From the NCBI GenBank assembly GCA_035390665.1, contig DAOOUC010000002.1:90001-122000 (forward strand): a stretch of DNA of 32,000 nucleotides. Direction: 5' to 3'. This DNA comes from an archaeon (GTDB lineage Archaea; Iainarchaeota; Iainarchaeia; Iainarchaeales; CSSED10-239). Under the pieces are notes generated by a model, which made no database searches, was not told the DNA's origin, and worked only from the letters and a program-made list of their open reading frames with translations. The translations under genes and the position numbers were made by a program. Numbering within the stretch: position 1 is the first letter of the stretch; every line of letters begins with the position of its first letter. Of this stretch, positions 17,206 through 24,947 are shown piece after piece.

Positions 17206-18141
17206 ATGTCATATAATTTAGATTTAAACACAAGTTTTCGTAAAAGAAAGCAATCTCCTAAGAGATACTGGCAATTTGTTTCTAAAAATAATCTTTTGGG
17301 AACAGCAATAACCGAAGATGCGAAATTAAATCCAAAAAAAGCATATTTTGATTTGTATGCTGTTAAACCTAAAGGCAAAATATTAATTCCAGGAGTAACA
17401 ATATCAACAGATTCTGGAGATGTTGTTGTCTATGCCCCATTTGAAGAAATTTATGATTATGGGGTAATCTATGAAGATAATGTATCCATAAAAAGAATAT
17501 ATGATCTTTGTGAAAGAAAGGGGTATCTAATGTCAATAGCTCACCCATTTGGACTAATAAATAATTCTGCAAGTTATATGATGGGGTTATCAAAACTTGA
17601 AAAATTTATTAAAGAAAAAAATGTAGGGGTGGAAGCATATAATGGAAGAATTGGATATCTTTCTTATTATATGTATGATTCTTATTTTTTAAAAACAATT
17701 AGGGATTTTTTATGGTATATTCAAGCACACAAAACATTCAAGTTACTTGGGTTATCTAAATTTGCAAATAAATTAAATCACAAAATAGATCAAAAAAGTT
17801 ATGACATGGTATATAAATTTGCAGCAACAATAAAGTTATCTCAATCAGCTAATTTTATAACAGCCGGTTCTGGAACAGATTATGTTGATAGAATAGGGAG
17901 CGGTGTTGTTACCATAGATTTACCAAAATCTTTTTTTGAGGAAACAAATATTTCTCAAAACCAAATACTACTTAACAAGATTTCAAAAAAAGAAATAATC
18001 TCTTTTGGACCACCAGGAAAATATACTGATGAATTGTTTGAGAGATCAACAGCAAGAATAACCAAATTAAAAGCATATGATGATTTAGTATATCTTACAA
18101 AAACAGCTTTTAAGATTGAAAAAAAAGAAAAAAAGAAGTAA
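17206..18141 (+). CDS. PHP-fold (PHP domain-like) protein, apparently catalytically degenerate
   Basis: YNLDLNTSF, FVSKNNLLGTAITED, ILIPGVTISTDSGDVVVYA, GYLMSIAHPFGL, VGVEAYNGR, ITAGSGTDYVDRIG align with PHP motif positions but lack most His/Asp/Glu ligands. Confidence 0.7.
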   Translation: MSYNLDLNTSFRKRKQSPKRYWQFVSKNNLLGTAITEDAKLNPKKAYFDLYAVKPKGKILIPGVTISTDSGDVVVYAPFEEIYDYGVIYEDNVSIKRIYDLCERKGYLMSIAHPFGLINNSASYMMGLSKLEKFIKEKNVGVEAYNGRIGYLSYYMYDSYFLKTIRDFLWYIQAHKTFKLLGLSKFANKLNHKIDQKSYDMVYKFAATIKLSQSANFITAGSGTDYVDRIGSGVVTIDLPKSFFEETNISQNQILLNKISKKEIISFGPPGKYTDELFERSTARITKLKAYDDLVYLTKTAFKIEKKEKKK

Positions 18142-18142
18142 T

Positions 18143-18874
18143 ATGTTTTTTATTTATCCAATGGTGTTTTTAACAATAATTTGTTTATTTTATCTAGTCT
18201 ATGAAGATTTAAGAACAAGAGAAATAAATACTATTCCTATTTATATATTATCAGGTATTGGTTTAATTTATAATTTATATTTTGGATTTTTATATAATTT
18301 CTGGAAATTATATATTTTACAATTATTAATTGTTTTAATATTTTTAATAATAATTTATTTATTAGGCAAAATAACTATTTATGCATATATTGGAGAAGGA
18401 GATTTGTTAACAATAATGATGATTTCTTTTACTAGCGGATATTCTGTTTTATTTTCTGAATTTGTATTTTTACTGGCTCTTTTCTTTATGTTATTTATTC
18501 CATTGATTTTCTTAGTATATAATTTATTAAAAAAGAACTATCCATCAAAAAAAATAAATAATAGATTTTCTTTAATGTTTTTAGGATTTCCGGTTTCTGT
18601 TTCAAAACTAAATAATTTCTTTACTCCGTTAGAGGAATATAAATTGAAAGACGGAAAAATCGAAAATAGTATTTTAATTAAACCTAATTGTGATTCTGAA
18701 ATCCAAATACAAAAGATAAAGGAAATAGCAATACAATATAATATAAAAAAAATATGGGCCTCTCCATTAATTCCATTTGTCTGGCCAATATTTATTGCTT
18801 ATCTTTTATTATTATTTTTCTTAATTTTAAGCAAATTGAATTTCTTTGGATTTTTTGCAACTCTATTTATTTAG
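18143..18874 (+). CDS. Prepilin/preflagellin peptidase, A24 family
   Basis: Multi-TM with aspartyl motifs YEDLRTREIN and IGEGDLL. Track start at 18116 adds an MKKKKKRSN extension overlapping the upstream gene; ATG at 18143 follows the upstream stop. Confidence 0.82.
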   Translation: MFFIYPMVFLTIICLFYLVYEDLRTREINTIPIYILSGIGLIYNLYFGFLYNFWKLYILQLLIVLIFLIIIYLLGKITIYAYIGEGDLLTIMMISFTSGYSVLFSEFVFLLALFFMLFIPLIFLVYNLLKKNYPSKKINNRFSLMFLGFPVSVSKLNNFFTPLEEYKLKDGKIENSILIKPNCDSEIQIQKIKEIAIQYNIKKIWASPLIPFVWPIFIAYLLLLFFLILSKLNFFGFFATLFI

Positions 18875-18947
18875 TTATTTCAGAACAAATATATATTTAT
18901 AAACATAATGTACTTATTATTTGCTATAATATATTTAAGTAATAAAT

Positions 18948-21314
18948 ATGGTTGAATTAAAAAAATTAAAACAGATTAAAGATAATCATATAAAAGAAAA
19001 TCAGCATCCTAAATACACCCCGCAAGAGTTGTCTAACTATGAGCATAAACAAATTACTTTAAAAAAAATTAAAACTCGTGGAGAATCTAATTACATTCCA
19101 CCAAAATCTGCAATTGTTGAAGAAAAAAAACCAAATTCTATTAATTCTAAAATCCCTGTTGAGGATTTACAAAATAGAATGATTGAAGAAAATTTATTAT
19201 TTCAAATAGAGAAAAAAAAGTTAGAAATTATTTCTGATGACCTTAAAGATAATAATATTTCTAAAGATTATAATTTGATAGATGTATCTGATTCAAATAT
19301 TGATGATTTGCTTGAGAATCTAAATAAGCAAACTACAAATATAGATGAAGATAAACCGTTTTTAGAATCTATATCTTTTTTGGATGATGTTCCAAAAATA
19401 AATAAAATTGCGATTCCAAATTTAGATGTTTCTAACCTATATGCGAAAATAGATGAAATAGAAAAAAAAAGAGAACAATCAAAAGTAATCCAGACAGAAT
19501 ATCTAAATCAGAATAATCTTAAGAATCCACTACAAAATAATAACAAAGAAAAAAAAATAGACATTGTTCCATTAATTGAAAAAATTGAAATTCCAGAAAT
19601 TATGACTTTAGATGATGATACAAAAATTACAGAATCAATAAAGAATGATTTTATAAGTTTAGAAAAAAAGGCAGTTACAGAAAAAATAAAAGAATCTAAT
19701 TTTGTAAATTCTAATAAAGAATTGAAACAAAATCCAGAAATAGAGAATAGAATAAAAGATATAAAGATAAAAGCAGATAACATTAAAATATCTACGCCTG
19801 TAGAATATAAAAAAGAAAATACAAAAATAAAAGAATTAGAAAAAGTAAATTATATTTTACCTAAAGATTATTTAACTAATAAAGGGCCTGTAGCTTATGA
19901 TGCAATAAAAAATAAGCAAAAAATTAATTTAATTTATGATTCAGAAGTTAAATCCAAATCCATAAATAAATCTGAAATTAATGAAAAATACAATATAGAT
20001 GAATTTACATTTGTTAATATTAATTATAAAGAAAACAGCCTTTTTTATAATATAATCCAACCAGAATTAACAAAGACACAAGAGGAAACACTTTCTGAAG
20101 TAAAAAGGGCGTTTCTAGATTCTATTGATGCAAATTATTATTCTTTTAAAGGAGATAAACAAGGGATTCAAAGTTATATAAAAAAGATATTTGATTTGAC
20201 TTTAGAAAAATTATCCTTTGATTTAACAAGCTTAGAAAAGAAACAATATTTTAATTTCATAAAACAAGAATTTTCTGGATTGGGATTTTTAGCAAGTATA
20301 TTAGAGGATAAAAATATAATTGAGGTAAATTGTGGAGGAGTAGGATTACCAATTATGGTTTATCATACTAAATATGGGTTAATTCAAACTAATTTAAAAT
20401 TTGAAAAAATGTCTCAATTAAATTTATTTGTATTATCTTTAACTAAAGTTATGGGATTAAGGGTAAATTCTTCTCAACCATTAATTAATGGCTATCTCCC
20501 AAATGGATATAAAGTTGAAGGATTATATTCTGTAGGAGATACAAGTAATAAAGGATCATCCTTTATAATTAAGAAATATTTAGAAGAACCATTAACCCCA
20601 AATCAATTAATAAATTTAGGTATAGGTACAATAGATGTCTTTTCATATATTTGGTGTGCAATAGATCAAAATTATCAGGTCGCAATTACAGGTGGAGATT
20701 CTGTACTTTTGATTAATTCTATTGTTCAATTATATCCTAATAAAAAGATTGCAAGTGTTCAATCTTATGATTATTTTAAATTCCCACAAAAAAATTGGAT
20801 AAAAAGAATGATACATAATGAGACGGCACTAGATAAGAAAACATTATTATCTCAAACACTTTCTGAAAGGCCAGATTATATTATTGTGGATGATTTTACT
20901 AAAGAATTATTTGATACAAAATGGTATGATTATAGTTTAATTTATGCTGATTCAAATATTATTGGAGAATATATAGAGAAGGTTAAATCTATAGGCACAA
21001 ATACAATCATCATTTATTTAGATAGAATAAAATCTCGCGATTTTGAACAAACACAAATATTAAAAATAATAGAAATAGATAAAGGAAAAGAACAAAAAAT
21101 CATAGAATTTAACATTGATGATGGGAGTTATCATTTTAACTTAGTGCCTTCTAATATTAATATTGTTGATTTTTTAAAAAAGCAGAAATTACTTAGATGG
21201 ATATCAGACACAGATATATCTGATTATTTAGATTTTAATAATCTAATTAATGATTATTATTTAGATTCTAAAAAATTATTTAACAAATTAAATATAATAG
21301 AAAAAGAGCAATAG
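18948..21314 (+). CDS. Type II/IV secretion-type ATPase homologue (FlaI/GspE/PilT-like) lacking nucleotide-binding motifs, with long N-terminal low-complexity region
   Basis: IIEVNCGGVGLPIMVYHTKYGLIQTNLKF, LINGYLPNGYKVEG, KGSSFIIKKYLEEPLTPNQLI, YIWCAIDQNYQVAITGG, ASVQSYDYFKFPQKNWI, ERPDYIIVDD match archaeal secretion ATPase block order. Confidence 0.85.
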   Translation: MVELKKLKQIKDNHIKENQHPKYTPQELSNYEHKQITLKKIKTRGESNYIPPKSAIVEEKKPNSINSKIPVEDLQNRMIEENLLFQIEKKKLEIISDDLKDNNISKDYNLIDVSDSNIDDLLENLNKQTTNIDEDKPFLESISFLDDVPKINKIAIPNLDVSNLYAKIDEIEKKREQSKVIQTEYLNQNNLKNPLQNNNKEKKIDIVPLIEKIEIPEIMTLDDDTKITESIKNDFISLEKKAVTEKIKESNFVNSNKELKQNPEIENRIKDIKIKADNIKISTPVEYKKENTKIKELEKVNYILPKDYLTNKGPVAYDAIKNKQKINLIYDSEVKSKSINKSEINEKYNIDEFTFVNINYKENSLFYNIIQPELTKTQEETLSEVKRAFLDSIDANYYSFKGDKQGIQSYIKKIFDLTLEKLSFDLTSLEKKQYFNFIKQEFSGLGFLASILEDKNIIEVNCGGVGLPIMVYHTKYGLIQTNLKFEKMSQLNLFVLSLTKVMGLRVNSSQPLINGYLPNGYKVEGLYSVGDTSNKGSSFIIKKYLEEPLTPNQLINLGIGTIDVFSYIWCAIDQNYQVAITGGDSVLLINSIVQLYPNKKIASVQSYDYFKFPQKNWIKRMIHNETALDKKTLLSQTLSERPDYIIVDDFTKELFDTKWYDYSLIYADSNIIGEYIEKVKSIGTNTIIIYLDRIKSRDFEQTQILKIIEIDKGKEQKIIEFNIDDGSYHFNLVPSNINIVDFLKKQKLLRWISDTDISDYLDFNNLINDYYLDSKKLFNKLNIIEKEQ

Positions 21315-21316
21315 AT

Positions 21317-22159
21317 ATGTTTGGAAAATTTTTTACAAAGATTTCTGAATTCTTCTTTTCAGAGATATCTAAACTTATTGTTCCGAAATTTAAAGAATTA
21401 TCTAAAACTCTTTCATTTACTGATATTGAAGAAGATGCTCAAACATATCTTTCAAATATATTGTTTTTATCTTTCCTTATAGGAATAATCTTAGAATTTT
21501 TAATGATTTTTGTAATGCTTAAATTAAATATATTATTTAATATTTTTACTTTTGTCTTAACAATAATAATTGCCTTTACCTTTGCAGGGTTAATTTTTAT
21601 TATATTATATAATTATCCAAAATTTATTTTATTATCTAATAAAAAAAAGATAGAAGAAGAATTAGAAACAAGCATAAAGCATCTTTCTGTTTTACAGGAT
21701 AAGAATTTAACTGTGAAAGATGTACTTTACTTATTACAAAAAATAGATAATAACAAAATACTTACTGTAGAATCAAAAAGAATATTATCTATGTCTGATT
21801 TAAATAAAAATCTTAAAGAAACATTAAAATATATGTGTGATAATACCTATTCTGAACAAGAATATAGCTTCTTATCTAAATTAATAGAAGTCTTGGATGG
21901 GAAATACAAATTGGATCAAGTAATAAATGAATATTTTTTGTCTACGGAGCAAACAAGAAAAGAAAAAGAAGAACATCAAAGAAGTAGAATTACCTTGTTA
22001 TTTGAAATAAATATTTTTTTGTTCTTTTTAATCTTTGTTTTAATCTTTAGTGTTTTCTTAATGCCTATATATAGAAATTCAATAAAAGAGATTTTATTTG
22101 CTATTGCAATTATTTTTCCAATTATTGAATTAATTTTAATAATAATATTAAGTAAGTGA
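21317..22159 (+). CDS. Type II secretion/archaellum GspF-like (TadC/FlaJ-related) membrane protein, first copy
   Basis: 280 aa, paired N-terminal TM helices, helical cytoplasmic domain, C-terminal TM pair; directly downstream of ATPase homologue. Confidence 0.75.
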   Translation: MFGKFFTKISEFFFSEISKLIVPKFKELSKTLSFTDIEEDAQTYLSNILFLSFLIGIILEFLMIFVMLKLNILFNIFTFVLTIIIAFTFAGLIFIILYNYPKFILLSNKKKIEEELETSIKHLSVLQDKNLTVKDVLYLLQKIDNNKILTVESKRILSMSDLNKNLKETLKYMCDNTYSEQEYSFLSKLIEVLDGKYKLDQVINEYFLSTEQTRKEKEEHQRSRITLLFEINIFLFFLIFVLIFSVFLMPIYRNSIKEILFAIAIIFPIIELILIIILSK

Positions 22160-22166
22160 AAAATTA

Positions 22167-23297
22167 ATGAGTGTAAATAAAACCACAAATAAAGAAATTA
22201 ATTTGTTTTTCTATAATCATGAATATACCATCTTAAATATTGCAGGAATAATTTGTGGTCTTATTATTTTATGGATTGCAAATAACTTTTTTGTTGATAG
22301 TAAGATATATTATCTGATATTTATTTTTGGATTGTTAGTTGGGGGATTTGGTTTTGTTATAGAATATTATATAAAAAATGAAAAACGTAAGTCTTTAGAA
22401 ACAGAATTTAGTTATTTTTTATATGATTTATCTAAGGAATATAAAAAAACAAACAATTTATCTTTAGCATTAACAAATATATCTGAATATAATTTTTATG
22501 GAGACATAAATACAGATATAAAAAGATTAGCAAATAGAGTATCTTGGGGAGATTCTTTTGAGGATGCATTAGAGTCAATAAATAAAAACATAAATAGTTC
22601 TGTTATTATTCACACACTTGTATTACTTAGAGCATTAAAGAAATCATCGGTCTCTTATGATATAATTTTAAAGAATATATCCAAGGATCTTAAAATATTT
22701 AAAAGTGAAGATCGTTCAAAAAAGTATTTTTCAAATTTATTTTATTTGTCTTTGGTTTTTTATTTTGTATTTATTTTTGTTTTATTATATATTGACCACA
22801 TTATTGGTGGAAATTTTCTGTGGAGTAGTAATGCAGAAGTAGTTACAAGAATATTCTTTGATAATTTTATGCTTTATTTGGCATTGCTTTTAGGGGTTTT
22901 TACTGCTTACGTTATGTATTCTATAAAAAAAGACAAAGGCATAAATTTTGTTAAATATATTCTATTAATGTTTATAATAACCGTTATCTTATTTCAAATC
23001 TTTGCACCAAAACCAGAGGCTGAAAGAATTTTAATAGATACAATAGAATATATGATCAAAAATAATGAAACAAAAGTAGAAATAGATAATGCAATTGCAT
23101 TAAAGACAATAAGTTCTAAATACATTTCTGAAAAAGTAGAGACCGAAACTATATATTTTCAACAGGTTGATAATTTAAGTTGTTTCTCTGAAGAATGTAA
23201 AGAGTTTACTATCTTTGTTAATGAGCCAGCATTCTATGATTTTATTATCGAGAAACAAGAAAATAATCATTTTATTATATATTATAAAAAAGTTTAA
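22167..23297 (+). CDS. Type II secretion/archaellum GspF-like (TadC/FlaJ-related) membrane protein, second copy, with C-terminal extension
   Basis: T2SSF-like helical region LETEFSYFLYDLSKEYKKTNNLSLALTNIS..NRVSWGDSFEDALESI, TM helices, then about 100-aa soluble C-terminal region with SCFSEEC. Confidence 0.78.
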   Translation: MSVNKTTNKEINLFFYNHEYTILNIAGIICGLIILWIANNFFVDSKIYYLIFIFGLLVGGFGFVIEYYIKNEKRKSLETEFSYFLYDLSKEYKKTNNLSLALTNISEYNFYGDINTDIKRLANRVSWGDSFEDALESINKNINSSVIIHTLVLLRALKKSSVSYDIILKNISKDLKIFKSEDRSKKYFSNLFYLSLVFYFVFIFVLLYIDHIIGGNFLWSSNAEVVTRIFFDNFMLYLALLLGVFTAYVMYSIKKDKGINFVKYILLMFIITVILFQIFAPKPEAERILIDTIEYMIKNNETKVEIDNAIALKTISSKYISEKVETETIYFQQVDNLSCFSEECKEFTIFVNEPAFYDFIIEKQENNHFIIYYKKV

Positions 23298-23309
23298 TAA
23301 GAAAAAGAT

Positions 23310-23675
23310 ATGATAAAAAACATTACAAAGAAAAAATTAATAATTAGTGATTATAAGATTGCAAATACTGTTTTTTCTAGAGGATTAGGGTTAATGTTTT
23401 CCAGAAAATCAAAATTTAATTATGGATTAATATTTGACTTAGAAAGAGAAACAGTTATTGGAGCAAGTTTGCATATGTTTTTTGTATTTTATCCAATAAA
23501 TGTAATATTTTTGAATTCAAAAAAACAAATTGTGGATATCAAAACCGATTTTAGGCCATTTACATTTTATTCTACAAATAAGAAATGCAGGTATATTATT
23601 GAATTACCTAAAAAGATTGGATTAAGATATTATTCTTTAAATGATAGAATTTCTTGGAAAAACATCAAAAATTGA
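23310..23675 (+). CDS. DUF192 family protein
   Basis: ANTVFSRGLGLMFSRKSKFNYGLIFDLERE..ASLHMFFVFYPINVIFLNSKKQIVDIKT is typical of DUF192. Confidence 0.88.
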   Translation: MIKNITKKKLIISDYKIANTVFSRGLGLMFSRKSKFNYGLIFDLERETVIGASLHMFFVFYPINVIFLNSKKQIVDIKTDFRPFTFYSTNKKCRYIIELPKKIGLRYYSLNDRISWKNIKN

Positions 23676-23758
23676 TGATTTTCTTGTGTTTTTATTATGT
23701 AGACTTTGAAAATCAAACTGATTTCTAATTGTTGGTTTAAATTAACTACCAGTAACCA

Positions 23759-23767
23759 TATATAAAG
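23759..23767 (+). promoter_or_regulatory. TATA-box-like element for a possible independent transcript upstream of L10e
   Basis: TATATAAAG in an intergenic region of about 450 nt, well upstream of a second TATA-like cluster near 24020. Confidence 0.4.
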
Positions 23768-23786
23768 ATTTTAGGACTATAACATA

Positions 23787-23990
23787 TACAGTAATCTATT
23801 ACCTAGATTTCCACAAAAGAATAAAAGGCAGAAAAGAGGAAGAGAAGAAACATACTGTTTAACAGGAACAGGTCCCTGTTCTTTTCTTCTTAGAAATTAA
23901 TTACATTTGTGGCTTAATTGCCCCAAAACCTTTTCCTTCCCCAAAAGAAGAGGTAAACTAAGGAGCCCAAATGGGCTCAAGTTCTATTTT
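23787..23990 (+). ncRNA. Candidate structured ncRNA of unknown class
   Basis: Between a TATA-like box and a terminator-like hairpin; nested stem GAAGAAA(23844-23850)/TTTCTTC(23883-23889) enclosing GAACAG-GTCC-CTGTTC; no ORF. Confidence 0.35.
23963..23978 (+). terminator. Terminator-like hairpin
   Basis: GAGCCCA-AA-TGGGCTC followed by AAGTTCTATTTTTATT. Confidence 0.45.
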
Positions 23991-24122
23991 TATTAAAAAT
24001 GTTTTATTTAAATATGTTTCTATATAAATATATTTATAATAACTATAATATAAATTCGACTATAGAAAATCACAATCTTTGTGTTTTTAAGCGATTTTTA
24101 AAAAATTTCAAGGTGAATAGAG

Positions 24123-24893
24123 ATGGGATTAAGACCAGGACATTGTTATTGTCAAAATGTTAAAAAAAGAGCATATTCAAGAATTGCAGTTAAAGTTCAT
24201 AAAAAGAACTTTATTGGTGGTGTACCAGGATTAAAGATAAGACAGTTTCACATGGGTAATGGGAATAGAGCATATACGCATGTAATTCATTTTACTACAA
24301 AAAACAAGGTACAGATTAGAGACAATGCAATTGAAGCAGTAAGACAAAGTGTTGTAAGACAGTTAAACAAGAAATTAACGGCAGTAAACTATTATATGAA
24401 AGTAAGAGTTTATCCTCAATTTTTCTTAAGAGAAAACAAACAAGCACAAGGGGCACACGCAGATAGAATTCAAACAGGAATGAGTCAATGTCCTTTTGGA
24501 AAAGTTGTTGGTAGAGCTTCAAGAGTAAGAGCAGGACAGAAAATATATAGTGTCTTAGTTGATGAAGCAAATGTTAAATTTGTTAAGGAACTTTTCGAAA
24601 GAATGGGTTCAAAGTTCCCTACAGAAATGAAAGTTATTGTTGAAAAGAATACAGATAATTTAAAGTCTGTTGGAACAGTAAGAAAGAAAAGAAAGATGAA
24701 GGAAGAAGAAGAAACAAAAGCCGCAACAACAGAAGCAGCACCAGCAGCAGGTAAAGATGCAAAAGCAGCAGCTCCTGCAAAGGGCGCAGCTCCAGCTAAA
24801 GGTGCAGCACCTGCAAAAGGCGCAGCTCCCGCAGGTAAAGATGCAAAAGCAGCAGCTCCAGCAAAGGGCGCAGCTCCAGCAAAGAAGAAATAA
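24123..24893 (+). CDS. rpl10e: Archaeal ribosomal protein L10e (uL16) with Ala/Pro/Lys-rich C-terminal extension
   Basis: MGLRPGHCYCQNVKKRAYSR, IRQFHMGNGNRAYTHVIHF, GAHADRIQTGMSQCPFGKVVGRASRV; SD-like GGTGA upstream; about 60-aa repeat tail. Confidence 0.95.
   Translation: MGLRPGHCYCQNVKKRAYSRIAVKVHKKNFIGGVPGLKIRQFHMGNGNRAYTHVIHFTTKNKVQIRDNAIEAVRQSVVRQLNKKLTAVNYYMKVRVYPQFFLRENKQAQGAHADRIQTGMSQCPFGKVVGRASRVRAGQKIYSVLVDEANVKFVKELFERMGSKFPTEMKVIVEKNTDNLKSVGTVRKKRKMKEEEETKAATTEAAPAAGKDAKAAAPAKGAAPAKGAAPAKGAAPAGKDAKAAAPAKGAAPAKKK
24752..24887 (+). repeat. In-frame degenerate tandem repeat encoding the Ala/Pro/Lys-rich tail of L10e
   Basis: Repeated AAPAKG modules; GKDAKAAAPAKGAAPA occurs twice with synonymous codon differences. 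Confidence 0.8.
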
Positions 24894-24947
24894 GTGTTTT
24901 ATTTCTTTCTTTTTCTTTTTTTATTTGTATTTGAATTTTGAAAAATT

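Noticed and set aside
18116-18142. N-terminal poly-Lys extension MKKKKKRSN on the prepilin peptidase
   Set aside because: The upstream gene's own Lys-rich 3' end is being read in another frame; the ATG at 18143 immediately after the upstream stop is a more plausible start.
18960-20050. Low-complexity Lys/Glu/Ile/Asn-rich N-terminal part of the secretion ATPase homologue considered as a separate fused domain
   Set aside because: No recognisable domain; looks like a disordered/helical linker. A small domain cannot be excluded without structure prediction.
23673-23735. Possible C/D box sRNA (TGATGA ... CTGA) after the DUF192 gene
   Set aside because: Boxes are present by sequence but there is no convincing C'/D' pair; TGATGA overlaps the DUF192 stop codon and is better explained by the CATCAA/TTGATG stem-loop.
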